Assembly (NCBI GenBank): GCA_028534125.1
Contig: CM052817.1
Coordinates: 60,576,001-60,640,000, forward strand
Length of the DNA: 64,000 nucleotides
Direction of reading: 5' to 3'
Source of the DNA: Lama glama
Lineage: Eukaryota
Positions within the stretch are counted from its first letter, which is position 1. Each line of letters begins with the position of its first letter. Positions 13,350 through 26,787 of the stretch are shown here, in pieces. The notes beneath the pieces were generated by a model that was given only the letters and a program-made list of their open reading frames with translations, was not told the origin of the DNA and ran no database searches. The position numbers and the translations under genes are program-made.

Positions 13350-13850
13350 AATATTAGAGTTGCTTGAAATAAGCTAATTCAAAGTTTAAGCAAAAAAAGA
13401 ACCTTGCTGGATTATATAATTGGGAAGCCCAGGAGGACTGCAGGCACCACGGACAATTAAATTTGGGGGCTCAAGCAACGTCATTAGGAAATTGTCCATC
13501 TTTCTCCATTACTCTCTGTTACTTTCTCCATTTACTGTTCTTTTCTTTGGCTTCCTCCTCAGGTAGATTTTCCCCCTGTGATGACAAAACTACAGCTCTA
13601 GACCCTGTCCTCATATTTAACAATCCTGGCAAAAAGGGAATGCCATATGCTCAGTTGTTCCAGAAAAATGTCTAAAAGATGAATGGAGGGCTCTGGTTGG
13701 TGTTACTTGAATCACTGTCCCATCTTTGAACGAGTCAGTCTGGTCAGAGGATGGACTTGTGTGATCTTTGAGATCTAGATTCACAAGCCAAATACTGAGG
13801 CAGAGATTAAGTATTACAACCACTAAAAATAGAGGTGGAGTGGTCCCTGA
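13350..13850 (-). mobile_element. Old MLT1K/L-like LTR
   Basis: aattcaaagtttaagcaaaaaaagaaccttgctggattatataattgggaag... pattern. Confidence 0.5.
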
Positions 13851-13874
13851 AGAGATGGTTTAAAAATGAAACAG

Positions 13875-14075
13875 CTAACTTACACGTACTAACTCATTTA
13901 ATCCTCATAACACTATGAGGGAAGTGGTATTAAGATCCCCAGTTTAGAGTTACGGGGATTGAGACACAGAGAGGACAGGAGAGTACTCAGTCTTACTCAA
14001 CTGTAAGTGACCAAGCAAGGCTGTGTGCTCTACTCAGTCTGACTTCAGAGCCTGGGCTCATAATAACCAGACTGT
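13875..14075 (-). mobile_element. MIR SINE
   Basis: aactcatttaatcctcataacactatgagg...gagacacagagagg...gtctgacttcagagcc. Confidence 0.8.
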
Positions 14076-17000
14076 ATTAACAAAATTATGAATATTGTAA
14101 TTCCAACTAAGCTAAGAAATAATAATAAATTCTACTTTAAAAGAAGCTGTGCTTTACTTTCTATTTTTCTATGTATTGATATTTACATAGTTAGCATGTA
14201 TTTCTTTTGTAATTACAAAGTAACATGTATACTTTATATTTTACTATAAATATGAGAGAGGTCCCCTATCTTCAGTGCCCTCATTGTATACTGTCAAAGA
14301 AACACAGGTAAGCCACAGTAACAATACAGTGTAACATGATCAAATAGCTATATATAGATGTTAAGGATCTCAGCAGTGATTCATCTTCCAAAGAATGTGA
14401 AAGAAATTTTTGTACCAGGAAATTAAATTTGAATTGAGTCTCCAAGGAATTTGGCAACTAGAAAAGCCAGAGGAGGACCTTGCAGAAAAAGGAAACTATC
14501 CATGCACACCTGACAACAGGAATTATTGTAAAAATAATTTTTATCATTATTCTGACCTCTTCCTATATTCCGCTGCCCTGACTACAAATTTCTCCTTGTT
14601 GGCCTATCTTCTCTTACATTGCATGACCACACAGCCCTCTTTTCTCCATTATTCTCTAAATCTTGATTCTTTTATCAATTGCTTCCTCTTTCTTTTTCTC
14701 TCCCTTTGGTCCTTCATCATTGGTGGAGGATTCGTTTAATTGCCTCCTAAGTGATTTCTGTGCCTCTAGTGTCTTCCTTGATTGCATTTTCCATTCTGTT
14801 TCCAAACTAATCTTCCGTAAATACTGCATTCATCTTGAATACTGTATGCTTAAATAGCATTGGAATCAGACAGATCTTTTTGTGATACAATGGTAAGTAC
14901 CACATACCTGGCTATATGACCAGGGGAAGGTAGTAACTTTTGAGAACCTTGCTGATAATGCCCAATTTGTAAGATAATTATGAAAATCTGTATACAGTAT
15001 GTATAATTCCCAACAAGTACTGATCATTTGATAGGTGTATAATATCTAAGTAGATAATACTCTTTGTGAGCATCTATTTTACTACCCAGGACCCTCCAGA
15101 AAGCCATCATATTCCTTATTAGGCTTGGTGGTGGACACGTGGGTGTCCACTTGAAAAGATTCACTCTTTTTAGTCTCATCTGAAACCCATCTCTGAAGCC
15201 TTCAGGGTCCTTTATAATCTTTACCTACCTTTTGCATTCAGCCTTGTTTCCCATAATTTTCCCATAGGAATCATTTGCAGTCTCTTTAATCCCTTCCTTA
15301 ACTCAGAACTCACTAATATTTATCACACTTAAACCTGGGGTTTTGCTTCTGCTATTCTTCAAACTAGAATTTTCTGCCATCTTTTGCTCTTATTCACTCT
15401 CTGCTCGTAGTTCAAATAACACCTCTTTCCTAAGGATTTTTTTCCCCACACCTGGGAAAAACGTTTCTTTAATTTCATTTTTGCACTGGCAAATGGTAAC
15501 ATGATTAATCAATTTAATCTCTTCATATTATAATGCAGTAACCATTTAGTTATATCAGTATACAGGGCAGTTACACAGAATGTGACTTGTTGACGTATGC
15601 TCATTTATCATCTCTCCAATAAGATGCTATAAACTATGGACAGGAATCGTGTCTTATACATCTTTGTACTCCAAAGGGCCTCTTTCTTGATTAATGGATC
15701 TTGTTTATTTCCCCAGAATCTCAGTTGACATAGAGAGCATGAATTCTTCTGTGAGTGAATCTTTGTTGTAGTAGTCAGTCTTAGTGGCGTTGCTCACCGA
15801 GAGATTAGCGTAGATACTTAGAGCATCCACTGGATATAATTAACTAACTTCTCTCGAATGCATCTTGACTGTACTGGTGATACTATGTACCACTCTTGGG
15901 AGAACTGAGAAAATAGTCACTGAAAAAAAAATTTTTTTTTGGTCTTTAATTCAAGCAAGAAGTGCCAGTTAAGGAAGGCTACTAGAGTGTGTAGCAAATT
16001 GCTTTTGTTTAAATGATGAGAGTATTGGCAAAGAAATAGATTTAGAAATGCTTAAAACAATAGCTCAATTTTCAAAGATTTATCTATACTATAGAAGGCT
16101 TATTAGGATAGTTTCTTGCTATCACGTATTGTCTTAAGTGGCAAATTGTTGTTTCCATGCCAATTCTTGGTTTAAAACCCACCGTGCATCAATAATATAT
16201 CACTTTCCACTTAAATAGTTGGGACAGTTAGATTGCATTGTCAGGTTAGGTCATTATAACTCCAACAGATGCTGTCATGTAGATGAAGAAAATTCATTTT
16301 AAATGGTATCATTTTTTAAATGTGTTTTTCTTTGTGCCTAAGGAAGGCAAAGCTATGTCATATTAGCTCTTCAGATTCAGGTTCCAAACAATGTGGCATA
16401 TTTTGATTAAATCACACCACCGTTTCAGAGTCGATGCGGGCTAGCAATGGACCACATGTGAGGGAACAGTCATAGCAGGAGTGCTCAGGTGTGCCAGTTG
16501 TTTCGTCTTTAGTAGCCTTTCATGTGATCAATCAATCTATAAAAGAATAATTAATTAGTGGATAAGCTGGGGAAATAGTACAGTAAGGAATTGTACTTAC
16601 CCTAAAATAAGAGGTATAAATATAGCTGGGTCAATTTTTATTTGGTTAGTCTGTCCTAACTCATAATTTGAGTTTTGCCAGATAGTATTTTGTTTTTGTT
16701 TGTTTGTTTACCTTTAAAAAAGTCAGTATATAATTTTACCTTTCCTTGACAGCTAAGAGTCAGCCAGTTGAAATCCCCCATAAACCCCTCCCTAAATGCA
16801 TCCTTGTAGGTTATCCTATCTAGGAACATGTGGTTTTCATTCTCTGTCCTGAATAAATTCCTAGGAGACAAAAGTATTTGTAGATATTTATGACTATGTT
16901 TTCATCACAACCACATGAAAAAGGGAGGAAGGTGTGTGGCTGGGAGTTAACTCTGCTTAAAAATGTGTTAATTTTTTACTTTTAAAATATGTATTTTCCA

Positions 17001-17499
17001 ATAAATTTTATTAATTTCTTTATTAACAGGTTAGACTAAAAAGTATGATTATTGAATGTATGATTGAATAGCATATGTTCTTCCCTAAGCATGTTCAGAA
17101 ATTTTCTCAAAGTCCAAAACTATTATCTGTGTTAAAAAAAAGACATGGAATACATTTCATAATCCAAATCTGGAAATAGAGAGTATCTGTAAAGGAAATA
17201 TATGTTCTAATTAAAATTCCCATAAGTAATTATTACCTCAATATAAAACCACAGAAGATTCCAGCTTGCAGTTTAGTTTACACTGTGTTTTTAATCCTGC
17301 CTAAGTCCTAAATAGCGCATAGTGGGCAGGGTATAAATGATAAGAATTAGAGAGAAAAAACAGAATTTTATATATGTAAATACTATGCTTTATGTCAATA
17401 GCTCCAATTTTATTTTGTTTTGAAAATTTATCTCCTAAAATATTCCTCTTATAAATATGGGATCAATTTTTTTCTACTTAAAGCTTTACATTGTATATG

Positions 17500-18000
17500 T
17501 GTTGGGAGACAATTTTTCTTGAGCCCCTAGTATTTTTGTGCCTTTTATGAATTAAGGCACTGACTGCCTTTATTTTAAACTAGTCTTTCAAAAATGTTAG
17601 TATAGTTAACAGCCTTGGAAGATAATAATAGGGTCTTTCTCCACAGCAAAGGTGAGATTTGTTTTCTGTCCAGTATAATAAAAATGTGGCAACCCTCAGG
17701 AGCAAGGGGCCAGCAAGCTCCTTGCCTCTCGTAAAAGATCTGGGGGTCCCAAAGCTCAGAGTTCCCCTCCTGAAATTCAGCATACCGCTTGTGTAGGCAT
17801 CACTCGGCGCTCTTTGTATCATCCTGTGGCAACTAGGGCTTGAGGAACAGATACCAATGCAGATACTGCTATACACTGTGGGAAATAGTGTCATTTGACT
17901 CTGACCCAGGAGTGTGTCTTCTGCTAACATCATGAGATTGTGGCAAGACAATGTTAGCCTGCAAAAAAGGATAAAATCTGAGACCCTTTGCAATTTTGCA
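17500..18000 (+). mobile_element. ERVL-class solo LTR, LTR40-like
   Basis: About 500 bp, TGTTGGGAGACAATT...CA, with internal aggcactgactgccttt and aacagccttggaagata as I recall from LTR40. Confidence 0.75.
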
Positions 18001-18799
18001 AATGTGTTGTTCAGGTTGTTGTGGTATCTTTTGAATCTTCTGATGTATAAATATTTTGGCCTGTGGGCTCATATTTGTCTGAGAATATGCCTTTCTCATA
18101 ATGTGTGAGGGATAGTCACTTTAGTCTCTATTGTTCTTGATAGGTTCAAGGCTAAGAAAAGTGATGAGCCCTGGGGAATCACATACCACAGTACTATAGT
18201 TAGTCACTTTTTTTGCCCCCACATCAAAAATAAATTGTTAAACTCTAGAAGAAGGAGGCAGCTATTGGAATGGGAATTATCACTGAGTTGTGATCATAGT
18301 CTGGAGACCTGGAGGGGGAAAGTAGGGGCAAGCAGGTGTGGAAAGCTGGTCCTCCTGTGTCTGTTTTTGTCAATTCCTTATCCCAGCAGAATTTTTGTAC
18401 TGTTCTGCTGTTCTTCGTATTGCCCCACCCCCAATAAATTACTCCATGCTGTGGGTAGCTACCTCAGATTTCTTCAAGGAAGAGCCAGACAATGATACTA
18501 CAAGTCAATACATGGAAAAGGCAGGAGCTGAATTTGAAATGCTTTAATCACTTCTCTCCTTGTCGCTTTCTGTTGGCCTTTCCCCAGGCTGCGGCAACAT
18601 ATATTCTAGACACACCACTTTAGTACTTGCTTCCCCCTCCCAGGACTTCCCCACAGGACTGTTGTATAGGTTTCTTGAACCTCTGTTTCACTCTGTAATT
18701 TCGCCAGGGTTAATTTTAGGGCAGGAGGCCAGAGCACTTACTCTTTGACCACCAGATATATTTAAATCATGAGTTATAATGATATATTTCTCTGTAGAG

Positions 18800-20040
18800 G
18801 ATGCTGATGAGACAATTTAATTTTTTGTGAAGACAAAACCTACCTTCGGTTAACCAAATAATTAATGAAGGAAAGTGGGATTTTTTTAATTCAAATATTC
18901 CTCATAACTAAGAAGAAATGAGAGAATTAGAGCACTGGCATTTTGTCATCACTAATTATATTTGTTTGCTAGGGCTGCCACAACAAATTACCACACACTG
19001 GGTGGCTTACACACACAAAAGTTACTGTCTCTCAGTTCCAGAGGCTGGACGTCCAAGATCAGGGTGTCGGCAGGCTTGGTTCCCTCTGAGGCCTCTCTCC
19101 TTGGCTTGCAGGCGGCCCCCTTGCTGTGCGCTCGTGTGGCCTTCCCTCTCTGTGCTCTAGCCCTGGTATCTCCCTGTGTACCCTGAAATCCTCTCCCTGT
19201 AAGTACATCAGTCTGACAGGATTGGGGCAGCTCGTATGACCTCCCTTAACTTTAAGTACCTCTTTTAAAGGCCCTATCTCCAAATTCAGTCATGTTCTGA
19301 AGTTCTGGGAATTAGGGCTTCAGTATATGAATTTTAGGGCAACACACTTTAACCCATAACACTAATGAAAATAACAAATGAACATCAATAGCTGATAATA
19401 TTACTAAGGAAGAAGGAGACAGACATTATGTGCCTTCTGCTTAAAATGCACAACACCAAATTCTTGCCAAATATTACACTGAATTAGATCAATCCACTAG
19501 ATTTATCAACTTACACAAAATACAGTGGACAAAAGGACAAGCTAAGTGACACAGAGGGATTTGTCACAATCCGGACCTTGGGAAACTACAGAAAATATAA
19601 CTCATTTTTCTTTGACATATAAATTGTAGAAACAAATGAAGATAGATAACAGAGAATCCTTAAATAAAGAGACTCAAGAGACACTTTAACTATTGTGAAA
19701 TATGGATCCTACTTTGAATAAATGAGGGCAATAGGAATATGAACTATATGTGATAATATTGAAAAATTATTAATTTTAGGGAGCATGATATTGGTATCAT
19801 GATTATGTTTTTAAAACACCTCTTAATTTTCAGAGCTATATACTAAAATAATTAGAAATAAAATCATATAATGTCTGGCATTTATTTCAAAATAAATCTG
19901 ATAGGGATGGCGGCAGAAAAGGGTAGGGGTATAAATAAACAAGATGGAAAATGAGTTGATAATTGACTAAGCAGGGTAATGACTACTTAGATTCATGTTT
20001 CAATTCTCTCTATATTTGAAAATTTTGATAATAAAAAAAG
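18800..20040 (+). mobile_element. L1MC-like 3' end, split by an MLT1A
   Basis: agacagacattatgtgcc...gaaataaaatcatataatgtctggcatttatttcaaaataa...gaaaattttgataataaaaaaa. Confidence 0.65.
18957..19361 (-). mobile_element. MLT1A-like solo LTR with perfect 5-bp TSD
   Basis: CTAAT at 18952-18956 and 19362-19366; tttgctagggctgccacaacaaattaccac...cccataaca. Confidence 0.9.
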
Positions 20041-22736
20041 TTTGAAGGTTTTATGTTGGCATTTTATATTTAGTAAATGGTCATGAAGTGTTTTTTGGTA
20101 CCTCTTTTTTGTTGCTTTTCCTGTGGTAATGATGCATTTTGATGAATCGATGTGTTTCTTGAGTTTTTCTTGTGAGGTTAATTATGTGCATTGGAGAGCT
20201 TGCTGGGGTTAGGAGAACAAGCTCTGGTTGGAGGGACGTGTTTCTGCTCTCCAGGCTAACGACCTTATATGAGGATTCAACTTTGATGTCACCCTCAATT
20301 AGCATAATATTCTAGTCACCTGTGGTAGCCTGTCCCAGATGCTTCTCTGATAGTGTTCAACTTAATAAATTTAGACTTCACACAATAGTGCTTGTCATTT
20401 TATGCCCTCCTGTCCCAAATATATTTCAAAATATGCCCAATCCAGCTGTTAATCTGACTGCATAAAATACTGTAATAACACTTTTGAGGATTGAGGTGAT
20501 GTTTGAAGTGTTTCAAGAATCTTTTCCCTCTGGGTTAGAAAACAGCTTTACTAAAACCAAAATTAATGTCAAAATCTACAGTTTCTATTTTATTTTACAC
20601 AATAACCTTGCGTTTTAAAAAGCATTCTAGGGGGGAAAAAGGATGATCTTGTGTGAATTAAATGAACAAGAATATTATCTAAGTCAGAATTGTTCTATGA
20701 TTACCTTTTGATTACAGCATGTGTAATTTCAATTTTAGGTCAAAAATAGTAAAATTTCAGTAATTTCATAAGGTTTGACTTAATAGTTTAAAACTCAGAA
20801 AACTTTGTGATTAAGATTAAATGAAATAATGAATGTAAATGCTCAGCAGTTTCAGGTACACAGTAAGCCCTCCATAAATGATAGATACAAGGAGTGTTAT
20901 AAATGTTTTTCCTCAAAATCACTTCTTTTCAAAATTTTAAGCTTGACTATTTCCTTTATAGTGTGTTTTGAAAATAATTTAATATGTTTAAATCCAGAGA
21001 CCATTTTTTTACTTTAGCCAAATTAACACTTCTTTAAATTGAATTGAGATTTTAATAAATCCCCAAAGTGGTTTCCATATAAAGAAGAGCAGCTGACTTT
21101 TCCAATTTTAGTGGAAGATTAAATAGAAAAATCCAGTATAATGACTGTGTCAATATTCCTGAGAAGTAAACCTTGTTAAAGCAGTATCATGTAGAGGAAG
21201 GGTCTTATCTATTTCTCTACTAAGGATTCCATAATTGTTGTTATAAGTTGATCAGCTTCTCCCAGGTTCATTTACTCTGGATTTTATTAATTTAGTATAA
21301 TAAAATTTTATACACTTTACTATATGGTTCACAAAATTCATAAAGACATGTGATGGGGTTCTGATACTGATTTTTAAATGTATTTTTATTAAAGAACTAG
21401 AGATATTCCTCAGAAAGGTATGACTAAGAGAATAATCTCAGTTTTAGTCTGCCTATATTCTAAGTTTTTATTTTAAATTTCTGTTACTGCCCAAGTCTCT
21501 TTTCTGAATCTGTGTCTTTATTCTTTGGCCTGAAGCCTTTATGTGTTGGATACTGTATTCTGCTGTGACTTTGGAGAAAGGCTATGGTTTGTTTTTTTCT
21601 GGGAGGATAAGCTCTCAGGTGAAATCATTTCCTTAGTTGAATAAACATCTCTTTATAAGAATTCTATTGAATTCTAAGAATACCTCTTGAATAATCCCTA
21701 CTATGTACAGAAGACCGGGATTGGTTAATGATTTCATCCTCATTAACCTGTGGTCTTAATTATTATTCATTCACAAGGCAGGAATGATACCTGCTTATGG
21801 ATTCTTTACATTAAGGAGAGATGTCTTAAGAAATACATATTCTTTACATCGAGCATACAATAGGCAAATAGAAAAATTACATTGTCATAAAATAGTTTGA
21901 GTGTACATACCATAAATGACCAACTTTCATTAAAAGTTTATTCTGTCTTTATACAGGCTACTATAAATTAGACAAACTATCTATTTAAATATAAAAACAT
22001 TGGATTAAGAATCAACCAAAATATTGACTGAATTAACATAGTGGTAAAAATGCAGATTGTAAAAGTTATCTGAAAATATTTGAGATGGGTGTGCTTTTAC
22101 TCACTCTGATTTTAGTATCTATGTCTGACAGAAGGTAATCATACATAGCTTATTCTTTCCCTTCGATTTCTACAATTGGCTTTAGAAAGACAAACATAGA
22201 TTAGATTCAAGAAGCGAGAGGTATTTTCTTACTGTTTTTCTCCATTGCAGATAAAAAGGTATATTTGAAATGCATGTGGGTATGTCTAAGGAATAATAAA
22301 CCCGTTCATATATTTATTAAGGCAAATACAGTGTATTGAGACTAGAGAAAGAAATCTTTGGATCAAAAACCATTTATTGACCATATGCTATTCTGTTGGT
22401 GATACAAAAGTGTGGTAGGTATTATAATGAATAAAAAGGTGATCTTGTTGGGGAAGATAGGCAAGTAAGTGACTAAAAACTAGATTAATGCCCCAGATAA
22501 TAAATGTCACAGGAGACTTATTTGAGAGGTGTGGCAAGAGTAAATTCATCATTGTTAGGAAGTGCTTTCTCAATTCTAATTTGAGGAAATTTAGACCAAT
22601 CAATAAATACAGAAAATCAGTTGTCCCCAATAGATATGGATTTCATAAACTTTTTCCCCAAAGAGATTATGTTTTAACTAAATAGACCTGATAAAAACAG
22701 GCTTGATACTAAAATGAGAATTTATGCACTATGATC

Positions 22737-23208
22737 TGTACTGAGTTGAATGGTCATCCCCTCCAAAATAAACAAATAAATAAATATGTCCATGAGCTAA
22801 CACTTGGAACCTGTATATGTGTCCTTATTTGGGAAACAGACTTTGCAGATGTAATTAATATAAGAATTTTGAGATGAGGTCATCGTGGGTTATCCATGTG
22901 GAACATAAATTCAATGACAAGTATCGTTAGAAAGATGGTGGGCTATTTGAGAAAGAGAAGGGCAAAGATGAGGTGGCCATGTAAAGACCTGAGAGACAGA
23001 GATTGGAGTTACACAGCCACAAGCCAAGGAGTGTCTGGAGCCACTGGAAGCTGGAAGAGGCAAGGAAAGATTCTCTCCTAGAGCCTTTGGAGAGAGCACA
23101 GCCCATGATTTCAGATCTGTTCTCTGGATCTGTGAGAGAACAAATTTATGTTGTTTTATACTGCTGAAATTGTGGTGATTTGTTATGTCAGCCCTAGGAA
23201 ACAAACCA
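22737..23208 (+). mobile_element. MLT1B/C-like solo LTR with perfect 5-bp TSD
   Basis: TG...CA ends; TGATC at 22732-22736 and 23209-23213; ctttgcagatgtaattaa and ccactggaagctggaagaggcaagg motifs. Confidence 0.9.
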
Positions 23209-23491
23209 TGATCCAATTTGCCTTATTTTGCAAAGCATAGATGATTTTGAAAGTGTTTTAATCAGGTACTACAAAGATAAAAGTACATGCAAAAATGTCT
23301 ATATGAATTACAGTAGGGAAACATTTTTTAATTTTTCAAAAAAGATTTATGATATACAGGAAAGTATTGGGGAAACAAAGGAATATTCCTCATATATGTA
23401 CATATATGTTCGACTTCATACTGCCTTCTAGGAGCCTTGAGTGTCCAGGCAGCTTCAGAAGCAAAGATGACCATTGACTGTCCATAAACCA

Positions 23492-23785
23492 TGGGTTTCA
23501 ATGATCTATTACTGCGTAACAAAACACCTCAAAACTTACTGGCTTAAAACAAAAACTATTATTTGTAAGGATTCTATGGCGCTGGTATTCAGGCAGGGCT
23601 CAGTGGGGTTGGATCACCTCTGCTCCACATGGTGTTGACTGCTATAGCCCAACTGAGGTCAGAGGATCCAGGGCATCACTCGCATGTCTAGGGCCTTGTT
23701 AGGTGTTGGCTGGGGTCCCTCAGTTCTCTTCCATGTGGTATCTTTCTCTTTCCACACAATCTCTCATTATTATTGAGTATTCTAG
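23492..23785 (-). mobile_element. MLT1 LTR cut off by the assembly gap
   Basis: atctattactgcgtaacaaaacacctcaaaacttactggcttaaaacaa...caggcagggctcag. Confidence 0.75.
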
Positions 23786-24285
23786 NNNNNNNNNNNNNNN
23801 NNNNNNNNNNNNNNNNNNNNNNNNNNNNNNNNNNNNNNNNNNNNNNNNNNNNNNNNNNNNNNNNNNNNNNNNNNNNNNNNNNNNNNNNNNNNNNNNNNNN
23901 NNNNNNNNNNNNNNNNNNNNNNNNNNNNNNNNNNNNNNNNNNNNNNNNNNNNNNNNNNNNNNNNNNNNNNNNNNNNNNNNNNNNNNNNNNNNNNNNNNNN
24001 NNNNNNNNNNNNNNNNNNNNNNNNNNNNNNNNNNNNNNNNNNNNNNNNNNNNNNNNNNNNNNNNNNNNNNNNNNNNNNNNNNNNNNNNNNNNNNNNNNNN
24101 NNNNNNNNNNNNNNNNNNNNNNNNNNNNNNNNNNNNNNNNNNNNNNNNNNNNNNNNNNNNNNNNNNNNNNNNNNNNNNNNNNNNNNNNNNNNNNNNNNNN
24201 NNNNNNNNNNNNNNNNNNNNNNNNNNNNNNNNNNNNNNNNNNNNNNNNNNNNNNNNNNNNNNNNNNNNNNNNNNNNNNNNNNNNN
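23786..24285. other. Assembly gap of exactly 500 N
   Basis: Directly visible. Confidence 1.
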
Positions 24286-25419
24286 AAATAAAAATTGTAT
24301 TCAAAGCTAGTAAGAATGCTTAGAGGCATAGTCAATCATCTGATAATTCACAGTAACCCATGAAGCCCAAGCACTCCATCCTCATTTTGAGCATAAGCAC
24401 AGATCTGATAAAGAGGGAGCCTGGAAGGAAAAATTACACAGTGACCTAGACGAAAGTGTCGTGTCAGCATTAGCATCACATTAACTGATTGTAATGGCTG
24501 ATTGTACTGCTTATAGTGAGAGTTATTTGGAAAATTTGAATGAGAAGTCCTCTGTTGTCCATCACAGGAATGACACTGGGTATATATCCAGTCATATTAA
24601 ACAACTGTAGAACCACAAAGCTAGACAGGATTTTATGAGATTAGCTGATTTATCCCTCACCTTGAGATAAAACCTGCATGCCACAAAATCCTCTGGGCAC
24701 TGAGATTTAATTTGTTCTTTGAGGAAAATAAGATCATTCATTCAACAAATATTTATGTGTGTGAATCATATAGGTGCTTGATATGCATCGGTAAATAAAA
24801 CAGGCTAAGATCTTTGTCTTTGTGGGACTTGCAGTTTAATAGGGGGATATAAATGATTCCTTGAGTCTCCCCTTTATCAGTATCAATAATCCTTATTGGC
24901 TTTATATATATGTTAAATTGATTTGCTCATATTATAAGGAACTATCCACAAAATAGACCCAAGGACTAATAAACTGTGAGTTGTGAGAAAGTAGTTTGGG
25001 ATTCATTTACATTAGGAGACCATTTCATTTTCAGGTGAAGACACTAAGATTCAAAAAGTTTGATTCTGACTTGAAATAAAACCTAGGACTTCAAAACACT
25101 CAGTCCAACGGTCTTTACTGTTTACTCACTCTATATCTTTCTTTTCTTACGTTGACTTATTTAGAGAATGGATTTCCAAAATCTAGCACAATGTCCATGT
25201 ATATCAGCTAGAAATCTTTTGGTCATGTGACAGAAGCCCAATTTGATAGTTGAAACAAAAAAGGGAGATTTACTATAAGGAAATTTCAGTTTCTCAAGGA
25301 CCTCAGAACACAAATAGAGCTAAACTTGGGAAATGAGCACTCAAAAACCATTAGGACTACTCATATGCCCCTTGCTTTATTCTCCTCTGAAAAGAATCTT
25401 ATTGATTAAGGGCAGAAAG

Positions 25420-25640
25420 ACCTAGTGGTTTCTGGGACTAAACCGTCTGGGTTTAAATCTTGGCTGTTTCACTTTCTAGCTAAGTAACCTAGAGCAGGTC
25501 AGTTAAGCTCTCTAATCTCAATTTTCTCATCTATTAAAATTAGGATAATTTTAGTACCTACCTGAAAAGATTACTGCAAAAAAGTATCAAAAAAATATCC
25601 AAGTCTTGGCACAATGCCTGCCTCATAGGAAGTCTTCTGT
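25420..25640 (+). mobile_element. MIR SINE
   Basis: ctgggtttaaatcttggct...ctcaattttctcatctattaaaatt...cacaatgcctgcctcatagg. Confidence 0.75.
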
Positions 25641-25665
25641 AAAGACACCATTATAAAATGAGAGA

Positions 25666-26187
25666 TGTCAAGAGCTGAGCCGAGGAATGCTGCACTGCCA
25701 AGGTGTGGGAGTCTTCGATTAAGACAATTCAAAATGAAAGTAAGAATTAAGCCTTTATTCGCCACTGCCATAGGAAGAGCAAGTCCATAAAGAAAATCCT
25801 GGCTTCCCCAGTGTTTGATTTTTCCCTACGGTATGGTACCAGGCGAAGGTCAGGTGCATCAGCACAGGTGGAGTTGGGGGGATTGGGTCACTGCTGGACG
25901 AACCCCGAACAAAGGCTCCTGCAGTTTTATGGACCTGAGTTGGGGACGAGGGAGAGGAAGAAAGGAAGGGCTAGGAATGGAAAAGTACTAAGTTAGAATG
26001 AAATAAAGCATCTTCTTCTGTTTTCCCAGAACAGGATGTTCTTGGTGGAGACTACTGGGGAGCCCTCAGTTCAGGGCTCCGATAGAGAGGCCTCTGAATG
26101 GAGGCTCCTGGGCTAAGAATGCAGACATTACATAAAAGTGTGACCAGCCAAAGGGGCCTGAGTTCTTGACTGCAAATCCCTTCAACA
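25666..26187 (-). mobile_element. ERVL-class solo LTR, subfamily not identified
   Basis: 522 bp. Minus strand runs TGTTGAAGGG...CAGCTCTTGACA with an AATAAA about 90 bp from its 3' end. More GC-rich than the flanks; no clear TSD. Confidence 0.65.
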
Positions 26188-26787
26188 GGACTGTTGGATA
26201 AAACCTTTGTAATTGCTTCTAGTCAGGCCTAAAAAAAATCATACCTAGGTTTTTGGCCAGGGGCTGGACTTCTCAAGAGAATGAATTCTTGGGAAGTCTT
26301 TCTCCTCTGGGTAATGTCTGATCCCCAAAAGTTCCACTAGTTTCTACTTAGTGGATGTTTTGTTGTTCTCCGTCTAGTGAGATAGAGCACATGCCTCAAA
26401 GTGAGGCCTGGACGATAAGCAGCATGTATCGGAGGTTACATGTTACTCTTATTATTGCTGCTGCTGTCGTTGTTATTTAATTGTTCAAATTATGGTTCTA
26501 ACATGACAACTTAGTATATTCTCCTCAGAGTTAGATAAGAACACTGTTCCTCATATGGAAGCCTTTTGAAAAGCATCCCTTGATCTTTATTAGGCAGAAC
26601 TCACCCAGCTGCACCTAGGAAGAGTGGGAGTTATAAATCCTTATTCCAAAATTTAAAAAAACTCAACTTTAGCTGGCAGCACAGTGTCTTGGCTATATTA
26701 TTGAGATCCTCATTTAAGACATTCCTTAAGAAACAATCAACAGCAACTGCAAGGTGTATTAAGTTTCTTGTTTAAACAAGAAACAAG

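Noticed and set aside
17580..17993. 137-aa minus-strand ORF
   Set aside because: Inside the LTR40-like solo LTR; no domain recognised.
23688..24335. Four long ORFs of 172-215 aa
   Set aside because: Artefacts of translating the N gap.
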